Shown here: positions 34,527 to 42,128 of the stretch, piece after piece | How the letters are laid out: the number at the start of each line of letters is the position of its first letter | Position numbering within the stretch: the first letter of the stretch is position 1 | Origin: Candidatus Yonathbacteria bacterium RIFCSPLOWO2_01_FULL_47_33b | GTDB lineage: Bacteria; Patescibacteriota; Minisyncoccia; Phycocordibacterales; UBA1550 | DNA: 63,474 bases | NCBI GenBank assembly: GCA_001823575.1 | Contig: MHUW01000017.1 | Coordinates: 1 to 63,474, forward strand | Direction: 5' to 3' | Notes under the pieces: model-generated | Seen by the model: only the letters and a program-made list of their open reading frames with translations | Told to the model about the DNA's origin: nothing | Database searches by the model: none | Made by a program: the position numbers and the translations under genes

Positions 34527-36722
34527 CTAAAAACCTGGATAGCCGACTGAATGTAACAACGAATATCCGCGGTTAAGTGCCTGAGCATAGTTTGGGTTGG
34601 TTTTAGCGATGCTGTTAATTTTGTTTACCAGAGTGCCACCATTCTTCCCGAGCCCGTGGTACTCAATCAAGACTTGCTCAACAGCTCGCGCATCTTCCCT
34701 TGAAATGTTTTTAAGGCCAGGAATTTCGTCAATAGCGATTCCCTTCTGATTTAAGTGGGCACTTGCTCTTGCGCTTAGGTTATCTGAAATTCCAACATAT
34801 TTCACTTTCCCACCGCTGTCTACCGACTGATAAACAGATGTCTTACCCGAACTCGGGGCTACTTTATTTATACCACCTGTGCTCGCAGCGTCAACCCCGC
34901 GCGTCGTGGCGGTTTCAGCTACTTTTTTCTCAACCTTTTTTTCTATAACCTTTGCAACTACTTTTCCTCCCGCACCTACTAGTCCGCCGCCGGGGGTGAT
35001 AAGGAGGGCACCTTGTGCTACTTCTCCTGCCGTCTCAGCTGTCTTAAGTATTTTTTCAGCCCGTTGCTCATACTGTGCCTGCTCTTTCTTGTCCTGAGCG
35101 ATTGATTGGTTCGCGTTATTCGTCCCGGCAACATACCCTACCCATTTGCCTTCTCTCTTCATCCGGGCAATCGTACTCGGGGGGAGTTTCCTCGTCGCAT
35201 CATCGGGTGGCAATGAATTCATCCACGCGATTTCTGCGGGTGTTAGCACTTGTTGGTAGGTAGGTGATGGGGCTTGTTGGTTTGAATAAGTCGGGGTTGC
35301 TTGTTGATGTCCTACCGATGGTGTTACGGGCGATTTAGTTTGATTTAGCTTCGTAGCTGATGACGCTTGCTGCAACGGGGCGTTATTGTCAGGTTTGCGG
35401 ATTGCATTACTCTGTCCTACCTGTTGGTTAAATGAATTCTGCGTTGGTAAAGAAGGTGAGTTTGTGCCTAAGCTTGGTAATGCTGACCCATTTGTAGGTT
35501 GCTGCGTAGCAACTTGCGGGGGTTTTGGGGGTGTTTGTCTGTTTGTCGGCGCGGTTGCCGGTTGCGTTGAAACAATAGGGGGGCTCACCGGATTTGCAGT
35601 ATTGCTTCGAGCTTGCGACTCCCTTTGTTTGCGTTCCTCATCAGCGCGTGCTCGGGCTTCGCGTGCTATTTGATCTTGCTTTGCAGAATAGGCGGCACGC
35701 TCTTGCTCTTGGCGTTTCCACTCTTCTTCCTGCTTAGTACGCTGCTTTTTCTGTTCCTCATCAGCGCGTGCTCGGACTTCGCGAGCGGCCTGATCTTGTT
35801 TTGCCAAATTTGCTAGACGTTCCTGCTCTTGACGGCTGCGCTCTTCTTCATATTTAGCCCGCCGCTTCCTATCCTCCTCCTCGGCGCGCGCCCTGATGTC
35901 ACGAGCTTCCTGATCGCGCTTGGCCCAATAGGTGGCGTTCTCTTGTTCCTGCTTGGCGATTACTTCTTGCTTTTTGCGCTCCTCCTCTTCCAGTTTGCGT
36001 CGCTCCCGACGATCTTTTTCTTCGACAAGTTTTTGCCGAACATACGTGTTTGGAGCTTCTCGCAGGGCTTGCGCGATCCGGGGGGCTTGCTCTTTTACCC
36101 CACCAGTCGCACCTCGAAACAATGCACCCACGATGGGAACATTGGCAAGACCGCCGCTTTCTGAGGTTGAGCTGTTACCGCTATAGTCACCCCCTCCGTC
36201 TGACGAGGATTCGGTATTGCCCGAGAATGAAAGGAAACGAGGCTGCGAGGAAGATTGTCCTCGTGCTGTTTTTTCAGCCTTAGCGTAGTAGAGCGGGTCT
36301 TGGGTTACATCAACAGGGGAGGAAGTGATCGCGCCTTCCCGAAAATACATTTCACGGGCTCGATCTTGGGCTGTTTGCGCAATGTGTGCTGTCCCTGTCC
36401 AGCGCTTCCAGTTGTTGAATGTTCCTTCGTACCAGTAGAGCCCGGATTCTTCGGTTTCTTTTCCCGCTCCCGTCAGATAACCACTCTGGAACATTCCTTC
36501 ATAGGTAACAAGGAGCTTCCTCCCCGTTTTTGGGGTCATTTTCCCTACGACCACTTTACCGTAGCCATGTGCTAGTCCTGCATTGCAATTTCCGTTGAAA
36601 GAGGATTGCAAGGTCATGGTGTCAGGGAGAACAATACTGCAAGAGTCGGCGTACCCAACGGGTTGCGCAACTGCAAAGAAAAAACAGAATGCAAGAAATC
36701 GTAGAAATGATTTCATCGCCAA
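34527..36722 (-). CDS. Secreted polymorphic-toxin-like protein: MORN-like N-domain, charged coiled-coil repeats, P/Q-rich linker, C-terminal GIY-YIG-like domain
   Basis: It has a signal peptide. The C-terminus is SVYQSVDSGGKVKYVGISDNLSARASAHL...EQVLIEYHG...NKINS (GIY-YIG layout). It contains 40-aa tandem repeats AK.DQ.AR..RARA.EE. Confidence 0.5.
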   Translation of the reverse strand: MAMKSFLRFLAFCFFFAVAQPVGYADSCSIVLPDTMTLQSSFNGNCNAGLAHGYGKVVVGKMTPKTGRKLLVTYEGMFQSGYLTGAGKETEESGLYWYEGTFNNWKRWTGTAHIAQTAQDRAREMYFREGAITSSPVDVTQDPLYYAKAEKTARGQSSSQPRFLSFSGNTESSSDGGGDYSGNSSTSESGGLANVPIVGALFRGATGGVKEQAPRIAQALREAPNTYVRQKLVEEKDRRERRKLEEEERKKQEVIAKQEQENATYWAKRDQEARDIRARAEEEDRKRRAKYEEERSRQEQERLANLAKQDQAAREVRARADEEQKKQRTKQEEEWKRQEQERAAYSAKQDQIAREARARADEERKQRESQARSNTANPVSPPIVSTQPATAPTNRQTPPKPPQVATQQPTNGSALPSLGTNSPSLPTQNSFNQQVGQSNAIRKPDNNAPLQQASSATKLNQTKSPVTPSVGHQQATPTYSNQQAPSPTYQQVLTPAEIAWMNSLPPDDATRKLPPSTIARMKREGKWVGYVAGTNNANQSIAQDKKEQAQYEQRAEKILKTAETAGEVAQGALLITPGGGLVGAGGKVVAKVIEKKVEKKVAETATTRGVDAASTGGINKVAPSSGKTSVYQSVDSGGKVKYVGISDNLSARASAHLNQKGIAIDEIPGLKNISREDARAVEQVLIEYHGLGKNGGTLVNKINSIAKTNPNYAQALNRGYSLLHSVGYPGF
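35613..35924. repeat. 2.6 tandem copies of a 120-nt unit inside the toxin gene
   Basis: The anchor ttcctcatcagcgcgtgctcgg recurs at 35634 and 35754. The encoded units start at 35924, 35804 and 35684 on the minus strand. Confidence 0.8.
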
Positions 36723-37591
36723 ATTACCTTGGGAGCCGTGCTTGACTGATTGCTCTGGGGCGGCGAGGCGTTCGCTACATCATTGCTTGTTGCAGTTGTG
36801 GAATTTTGGTTAGTGTTTTGTGGCGACGGCGCAACCCCGTTTTGTTGAAGCTTATCATCTACCTTCTGACGGATGCGGTCTCTTACTTTTTCCTCGATTT
36901 GCCTATCAAGAGATATTGCGAATGCCTTAAAGATGGCGCCAATAACGGAAGGTCCCTCATCACTCTGGGTCGGTGGATTTGGGGATTCAGTAGTGTTTGT
37001 ATTGTCCGTGGCGGTGGAGAGGGGGACAAGTGTGCTTTGTTCTTGCGTGAGCAGCTCCTCGATTTCTCCGTTGGATGCAGAAGCGGCATTTTTTTGTAGT
37101 GTGGGTTCACTTGACTGTGTTGCTTTGGCAAGAATCGTCGCCTTGCCACCTGCATATTTCAGTTGTTCAACTGCGGATGCATACGTGATACCTGATCGTA
37201 GTGTGCCATTCCAACGGCGCCATTTTTTGAAAGTTCCTTCAAACCAAGAATATGTCCTTCCATCGAAATGTTGCTCAGTCCCTTTCCCGGTGAAGATTCC
37301 GCGTTTGAATGTTCCATTGAACGTTACGCTATGTGTTTTCTTACCACGCTTGGAATTTGTCCAAAGAACCGCGCGCCCATACCCCTCCGCAAGACCGTTT
37401 TTACAGTCGCCGGTGTAAGGGCTTGCAAGTGTCGCTCCTTTGGGTGGAACGATCTTACAGAGGTCTGCGTGTATTACTGGAGGATCTCTTGGTTTGCCTT
37501 GCGTAAGCGACTTGTAGACGACGCCGGCACAAAGCACTGTGACGAGAGATAGGAAAAGCATTACCACGCCGTATATTAATTTGTCGAACAT
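36713..37591 (-). CDS. Secreted paralog of the toxin N-terminal (MORN-like) domain without a toxin domain
   Basis: The block GDCKNGLAEGYGRAV...FNGTFKRGIFTGKG...SWFEGTFKKWRRWNGT parallels the N-terminus of 34527..36722. It overlaps that gene by 10 nt. Confidence 0.45.
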   Translation of the reverse strand: MFDKLIYGVVMLFLSLVTVLCAGVVYKSLTQGKPRDPPVIHADLCKIVPPKGATLASPYTGDCKNGLAEGYGRAVLWTNSKRGKKTHSVTFNGTFKRGIFTGKGTEQHFDGRTYSWFEGTFKKWRRWNGTLRSGITYASAVEQLKYAGGKATILAKATQSSEPTLQKNAASASNGEIEELLTQEQSTLVPLSTATDNTNTTESPNPPTQSDEGPSVIGAIFKAFAISLDRQIEEKVRDRIRQKVDDKLQQNGVAPSPQNTNQNSTTATSNDVANASPPQSNQSSTAPKVIWR

Positions 37592-37688
37592 CGCCCCCTC
37601 CCCAGGTTCCGGCGAATGTGTGTTGTAGCACTCCTGTTCCCTAATGTCTAGGAGGCCTCATTTAGGGAGAATGGAACGACATCTTTCG

Positions 37689-38006
37689 TTACTGCTGATG
37701 AGGGGGTGATTTTTCTGCTTGATCGAGTTCTGCGGAGATCAGCGGCACCGCCTCTTCCAGGACTTGCAATGCCTTTTGGGTAATAAGCCGCGTACCTTCC
37801 TCTCTTGCCATCAGGTGCGCATGCACAAGAATCGCCAAAACCATTTCAGCGTCCGCCCCTGCCTTCCTTGTGAGCGTCTGAGTTGATGTGCAGGAGAGCA
37901 AATATTTCCTCATCGCCCAATATTTTTCGTCTCTCCCATCACCATCAAATCCGTTCTGGGTCGTGTTTGGTTTAGTTTCAGTAATCATCATCGGCGAAGT
38001 CGTCAA
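37689..38006 (-). CDS. Hypothetical protein
   Basis: This is a 105-aa ORF overlapping the upstream gene's end by 29 nt. Confidence 0.25.
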   Translation of the reverse strand: MTTSPMMITETKPNTTQNGFDGDGRDEKYWAMRKYLLSCTSTQTLTRKAGADAEMVLAILVHAHLMAREEGTRLITQKALQVLEEAVPLISAELDQAEKSPPHQQ

Positions 38007-39054
38007 TGTAAGTGTTGTGTGGATTACTAGCGCGATAACTATTCAATTGTCCGCGTGTTATACGGTGCGTGGCTCGTGGATTTAAATACAGCCAAGAAGG
38101 TACGTCGCTTAAAGGCCAAACATTCACAAAGAAAATTGCGGACAAGAGACGCGAAGCATCACCAATAGTGATACTGGAAGGAACATTCTCACATATTGAA
38201 TTGAGAGGCGTTGAGTCTGTCGAGAATTGCATAAATGCGCGGCGAGCAAGCGAACGGGTGAAATTCGTATCAACGCCAGCAAAATCGCTCTGTATTGAGC
38301 ACGCATTAAACCAAGGATGAATAACAAATATTAATATGAAGGGACTGGTTTTTGTAAACTGCCCCGCATCTTTGAAAGGGTAGAGTGCATTTTCTTTGGC
38401 AAGATAATAGGGGTCGATGTTGCGTGCAGTGACAGATATTAGTTTTTTGGCTTCAAGACGGATGCAGAGGCGGTCGTATTTCACCATACGTTTTTCTTTG
38501 AGTTCGATGGCAATATCTGGAGCTGATCTGATCAGGTCTGAGAATGTTTCAAAAGAAATATCCCACGACTCTTCTACAATCACTTGTTCGTCGGGGGTCG
38601 CCTCCGCTAGCCGCTCCTTTAAAAGTTGAGCGAGTCGCCCGTTGGAGCCAAAAGCTTTCACGTCAAAATAATGGTCGTAGAGATCAATCTGGCCGTCAAG
38701 TGTCGAGCCATTTTTCGAGAGAACGTCACTTGGGGGCATTGAAATCTGAGTAGCAATTCTTACATGGCAACGGGCCAACCAATCATATGCAGCGAGTTCC
38801 GCAAAGCACCCATAGACATTCCGCCCAAACAAATTGCAGAGAAGATTACGAGCGTCCTTAGCCGATGAGAAATTGTTATTTACCAGTTCGTCAATCGCAC
38901 GGGCAATCAGTTGACAATGAATATCACAATTAGCGAGATTGAATGCCTCCGTTCTGAGTTCGACATTATTGATGACGGTTTCAAGCTGCATATTGGCGAT
39001 CACCATGCTTTTGGCAGCAAGCTTGTCAATCCACTCGTGAGAAGTTCTTAACAT
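37978..39054 (-). CDS. Hypothetical protein, possible PD-(D/E)xK-like nuclease
   Basis: This is a 358-aa ORF with the weak candidate motif LDGQIDLYDHYFDVKAF. Its GC looks lower than the island core. Confidence 0.3.
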   Translation of the reverse strand: MLRTSHEWIDKLAAKSMVIANMQLETVINNVELRTEAFNLANCDIHCQLIARAIDELVNNNFSSAKDARNLLCNLFGRNVYGCFAELAAYDWLARCHVRIATQISMPPSDVLSKNGSTLDGQIDLYDHYFDVKAFGSNGRLAQLLKERLAEATPDEQVIVEESWDISFETFSDLIRSAPDIAIELKEKRMVKYDRLCIRLEAKKLISVTARNIDPYYLAKENALYPFKDAGQFTKTSPFILIFVIHPWFNACSIQSDFAGVDTNFTRSLARRAFMQFSTDSTPLNSICENVPSSITIGDASRLLSAIFFVNVWPLSDVPSWLYLNPRATHRITRGQLNSYRASNPHNTYIDDFADDDY

Positions 39055-39180
39055 GGATTACCTCCGCATTTTCTGTCTTTGATTCATCGCCAACCATAAA
39101 TTATCATTGAGGATATTTTATGCCCAATAAGGCACATTTTCTCTCCTATATTTGAACCCGCTTTTCAGTATCCTCATGGG

Positions 39181-39402
39181 ATGCCTATAACAACTGAGCG
39201 CATACAAGAATTCATGCGTCTGTACGAAGAAGAGTTCAACGAGCCATTGAGCGAAGATGAGGCGCGTGAAATAACTTCACGGCTGGTTGAGCTCTATATG
39301 ATGCTTGCAGAACCATTGCCCAGCGAGCGACTTAACCCTATCCCATCACCTCAGAATTCTCCTGAAGTGGTAGCCTATAATTGCGCACAAGATCATCAAT
39401 GA
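39181..39402 (+). CDS. Small hypothetical protein
   Basis: This is a 73-aa acidic ORF. Confidence 0.25.
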   Translation: MPITTERIQEFMRLYEEEFNEPLSEDEAREITSRLVELYMMLAEPLPSERLNPIPSPQNSPEVVAYNCAQDHQ

Positions 39403-39472
39403 TGGCGAGCGTTTCCATCAATTCTGGGTCGCGATTGTTAAAAAGTGTTCGAACCTCTTCAAGAGCTCTGCA

Positions 39473-39522
39473 CCAAAAAACTAAAGTCCCCGCTCTTTTG
39501 AGCGGGGACTTTAGTTTTTTGG
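39473..39522. terminator. Bidirectional rho-independent terminator
   Basis: The sequence ccaaaaaactaaagtccccgctc-tttt-gagcggggactttagttttttgg has a perfect 23-bp stem with A/T runs on both sides. Confidence 0.75.
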
Positions 39523-39619
39523 TGTTGGAAATGATTCAAATGGCGAGTCATTGACGCCAGTCACCCAATCCGCTATCCTTGTACATGGATTCCCAACTTT
39601 TATAAAAAGGGGGTGGGTG

Positions 39620-40015
39620 ATGGATGCGGTTAGCAAAGCATTAAAAGATATTACTCTTGCAAGAGGTAGAAAAGCGGAGGACAAGTTTTTTGAAGCAATG
39701 AGAACCTCTGCCTCAGCAGACATGCCGAGGTGGTTTCGTTCTGTGCGCCGCCCAACCTTTAAAGAAGATAGATATGAAGGGAAAGATGCGGTAATAGAAA
39801 CAACGGATGTGGGGAAGCTTTTTCTTCAGATCAAGAGCTCTAAAGCGGGAGAAACTCATTTTAAAAAGAGTAGGCATTCTAGGCGAAATAAATTTATTAG
39901 TGTCATTGTTATACTAGAACGCGACACGCTTGAAGATGTTCGCATAAAAGCAAGAGTCGCGCTTTCACAGCTTCGTCAGGAAATACTTAATAAACGAAAT
40001 ATCACCGAATGGTGA
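39620..40015 (+). CDS. Hypothetical protein, possible small PD-(D/E)xK-like nuclease
   Basis: It has an RBS (aaaaaggggg) before the ATG at 39620 and the weak motif GKDAVIETTDVGKLFLQIKSS. Confidence 0.3.
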   Translation: MDAVSKALKDITLARGRKAEDKFFEAMRTSASADMPRWFRSVRRPTFKEDRYEGKDAVIETTDVGKLFLQIKSSKAGETHFKKSRHSRRNKFISVIVILERDTLEDVRIKARVALSQLRQEILNKRNITEW

Positions 40016-40175
40016 CCGCAGGGGCTTCAAAACCCCTGTTTTCTTTTGCCCAGTTTTGTGGTTGCGTTTTCCGCCAAGGTGTAGTAGGATAGGGAAACTA
40101 TATTCAAGAGAGCGAGCGAAATTAAAACTAGCAAGTTTTAATTTCCGAGCGAACGCAGAATATATAGTAACCTAT

Positions 40176-40334
40176 ATGTCACAAGATCAATTGATAAAAC
40201 TCGGCTGCAAGAGCTGTAAACACGTGAACTACTGGACCCGCAAGAACAAGAAGCTTGTTGAGCGCAAGATTGAGCTCGATAAATTCTGCAAGTTCTGCCA
40301 CAAGCACACCGTACACAAGGAGGTAAAGAAATAG
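40176..40334 (+). CDS. rpmG: 50S ribosomal protein L33
   Basis: It is 52 aa with the four-Cys pattern CKSCKHVNYWTRKNKK...KFCKFCHKHTVHKE. Confidence 0.85.
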   Translation: MSQDQLIKLGCKSCKHVNYWTRKNKKLVERKIELDKFCKFCHKHTVHKEVKK

Positions 40335-40379
40335 CCTCATTTGCAAAAGCCCCGCAAAGGGGCTTTTGCAAATGAGGCT
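40333..40379 (+). terminator. Terminator hairpin after rpmG
   Basis: The hairpin is agcctcatttgcaaaagcccc-gcaaa-ggggcttttgcaaatgaggct. Confidence 0.7.
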
Positions 40380-40401
40380 CTCCCGTAGCCCCAGTTTGCA
40401 A

Positions 40402-40441
40402 TTAACATACATTCACAGCTATAGCTGTGAATGTATGTTAA
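40402..40441. repeat. Perfect 40-bp palindrome centred on AGCTATAGCT
   Basis: The sequence is ttaacatacattcacAGCTATAGCTgtgaatgtatgttaa. It ends 1 nt before the preferred ATG (40443) of the downstream gene and overlaps the first 11 nt of track ORF 40431..41003. Confidence 0.9.
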
Positions 40442-40442
40442 T

Positions 40443-41003
40443 ATGATTCTTATGAAGAATTACAAAAAAGGGGAACTTGCAAAAGAAATTCTCACAAGCC
40501 TCGCTGCCGGTGCTCTTGTGGTGGCCTTTGTTGCCATGCCAGGGCTTACAAAAATTGCACCTCTTTTTATGCCAAAGAGTGCCCGAGAAAGACAGAGGCT
40601 CAGTCAGTCGTTACGAGCTCTCAAAAGGAAAAAATTAGTGGATATTTATACCAAGAATGGCAACGAGGTCGTGGAGATTACTAACGAAGGTAAGAAAAAA
40701 ATTCTTGAATACAACCTTGATGAAATGAAATTGAAGGTTCCTCAAAAGTGGGATGGGTGGTGGCGCATTGTCATCTTTGATGTTCCAGAATCAAAAAAAA
40801 TTGCGAGGGATGCCATAAGTAGGAAGATAAAAGAGCTTGGTCTGTATCCGATACAAAAATCAGTCTTTGTTTCGCCGTATCTTTGTAAGAATGAAATCGA
40901 TTTTATAGGGGAGTTTTTTGGCGTGAGAGACCATATTATTTATATCAAGGCAAAAGAAATCGAAGGGGTGCGCGAACTAAAAGAACGCTTCGGTATTTCT
41001 TGA
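40443..41003 (+). CDS. PaaX-like / Cas2-fold domain protein with N-terminal hydrophobic segment
   Basis: The block WDGWWRIVIFDVPESKKIARDAISRKIKELGLYPIQKSVFVSPY fits the ferredoxin-like Cas2/PaaX_C pattern. The start is uncertain (40431, 40443 or 40452). Confidence 0.5.
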   Translation: MILMKNYKKGELAKEILTSLAAGALVVAFVAMPGLTKIAPLFMPKSARERQRLSQSLRALKRKKLVDIYTKNGNEVVEITNEGKKKILEYNLDEMKLKVPQKWDGWWRIVIFDVPESKKIARDAISRKIKELGLYPIQKSVFVSPYLCKNEIDFIGEFFGVRDHIIYIKAKEIEGVRELKERFGIS

Positions 41004-41024
41004 CGAGAGAAGCTAGTATTCTTC

Positions 41025-41068
41025 TCCTGCACTGTATTCGAAGCTATAGCTTCGAATACAGTGCAGGA
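41025..41068. repeat. Perfect 44-bp palindrome centred on AGCTATAGCT
   Basis: The sequence is tcctgcactgtattcgaAGCTATAGCTtcgaatacagtgcagga, 22 nt after the stop of 40443..41003. Confidence 0.9.
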
Positions 41069-41090
41069 ATGTAGGGCGGAGGGAATCTAA

Positions 41091-41129
41091 AGAGGAGAGG
41101 AGAGGAGAGGAGAGGAGAGGAGAGGAGAG
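41091..41129. repeat. Pentanucleotide microsatellite (AGAGG)n, about 7.5 units
   Basis: The sequence is agaggagaggagaggagaggagaggagaggagaggagag. Confidence 0.9.
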
Positions 41130-41311
41130 TTGCTAATGGTGGTTTAGTGAGCAGGTTAGCGCACAGTTTCTTTTTGGGGGAAGTTTTGGTATACTCATTT
41201 TTGTAAGGGCCTATATCAAAAGTAAATAATAGACCCTGCATTCGGACATCGTGTAAGTGATTACACTTTCACGCGCTCCTCATTCAGCAGAATGACTCTT
41301 GGAGTAAATTT

Positions 41312-41382
41312 GGGCCTATAGTTCAGTGGTAGAATAGCGGTCTCCAAAACCGTTGACCGAGGTTCGAATCCTCGTGGGCCCG
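41312..41382 (+). tRNA. tRNA-Trp (CCA)
   Basis: The acceptor stem is gggccta/tgggccc. The anticodon arm is gcggt-ctCCAaa-accgt. The T arm is cgagg-ttcgaat-cctcg. Confidence 0.85.
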
Positions 41383-41391
41383 CAGAGACAG

Positions 41392-41419
41392 AAAAAAACG
41401 CGAAAGCGTTTTTTTCTTT
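41392..41419 (+). terminator. Terminator after tRNA-Trp
   Basis: The hairpin is aaaaaaacgc-gaaa-gcgttttttt. Confidence 0.7.
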
Positions 41420-41426
41420 TGTCACT

Positions 41427-41556
41427 GCACGGTCCACGAGGATTCGAATGCCTGAGCCATATTTTGTCAGCAGACGAAATGGCGAGGCAGTGCCCAGACC
41501 GAACCGAGTGGCGACGAGGTGAGAGTCGAGGGAGAAATTCCTCGTGGGCCCGCCAC
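41427..41556. repeat. tRNA-Trp-derived repeats: an inverted 15-nt copy of the T-arm/acceptor and a direct copy of the 3' end carrying CCA
   Basis: The inverted copy ccacgaggattcgaa (41434-41448) is the reverse complement of ttcgaatcctcgtgg. The direct copy cctcgtgggcccgc is at 41540-41553 and is followed by ca. The two can pair as an 11-bp helix. Confidence 0.8.
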
Positions 41557-41644
41557 ATTAAAAACTGTTTGGTAAAAAATTGTTTCTATGATAGTTTTTG
41601 CTTAGGGGATACTTTGAAGTGTAATCAATCAAAAGGAGTGGAAA

Positions 41645-42031
41645 ATGAGCAACTTGCAAGAGGTCATGAATCTTATTGCTGCACGGTTTGTATTTAATCA
41701 AACATCTTATCCAAAATTAAATCAGTCTATTTCTGAAGAAGAAAAACTGTTGTTTGTTATCAATCACAGTATTCTTCATATGGCAAAGTCTCAAGGAAGG
41801 CTTGCTACTGTCGTAGAGGCATGCGACCATGGTAAAAAACTGAATGATTGTACACTCCATAAGTTGACTGGCGAAATGTTTATCCATACACTCAGGCTGG
41901 CAGAAGAGGCGGGGATGACAGCGCAAGAGCTTCTTGATTTGGTTCCTGTGCTTCTGAAATCAAAAGGCGGAAGGGAAGGAGAAAACGGCTGGTTTCAAAA
42001 ACTATTACCGCCAAAGCAACCATTGGAGTAA
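41645..42031 (+). CDS. Hypothetical all-alpha protein
   Basis: This is a 128-aa ORF with an RBS (aaaggag). Confidence 0.4.
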   Translation: MSNLQEVMNLIAARFVFNQTSYPKLNQSISEEEKLLFVINHSILHMAKSQGRLATVVEACDHGKKLNDCTLHKLTGEMFIHTLRLAEEAGMTAQELLDLVPVLLKSKGGREGENGWFQKLLPPKQPLE

Positions 42032-42128
42032 TATGTTTAGACACCCTGCACTTTAGTGTAGGGTGTCTTTTTTATTGTTGGGTTGCATGCTAGGCTTAAG
42101 ATAGAGGTTTTTTACAGGGGAGGGTGTC

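Larger units (their letters stand above)
9279..39472. mobile_element. Composite genomic island (about 30 kb), integrated at the 3' end of tRNA-Tyr; the right boundary is uncertain (about 39.1-40.1 kb)
   Basis: Composition switches abruptly, by eye, right after the tRNA. There are two large serine recombinases, an RM system, toxin/immunity genes, RadC and an IS remnant. Housekeeping genes resume at rpmG (40176). Confidence 0.6.

Noticed and set aside
39440-39475. I considered a weak T-arm-like string (gtgttcgaacctcttc) near the island's right end as a candidate attR copy of tRNA-Tyr.
   Set aside because: Only the ttcgaa core matches, and the flanks do not align with the tRNA-Tyr 3' end.
9279-39522. 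I considered the whole higher-GC block as an assembly chimera joined at a conserved tRNA.
   Set aside because: This is not excluded. It would need two independent mis-joins that return to the same host-like sequence. The block starts with a recombinase oriented at the tRNA, as real islands do. It is kept as an island, with read mapping listed as the test.
40443-41129. I considered a CRISPR-Cas locus, given the Cas2-like fold signature plus nearby repeats.
   Set aside because: There is no array of spaced direct repeats. The repeats are two different palindromes and a pentamer microsatellite. No cas1 or other cas genes are present, and the protein fits the PaaX-like regulators that share the Cas2 fold.
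41316-41697. These are track ORFs 41316..41558 (-) and 41353..41697 (+).
   Set aside because: They run across tRNA-Trp, its terminator and the tRNA-derived repeats, so the region is better explained as non-coding.
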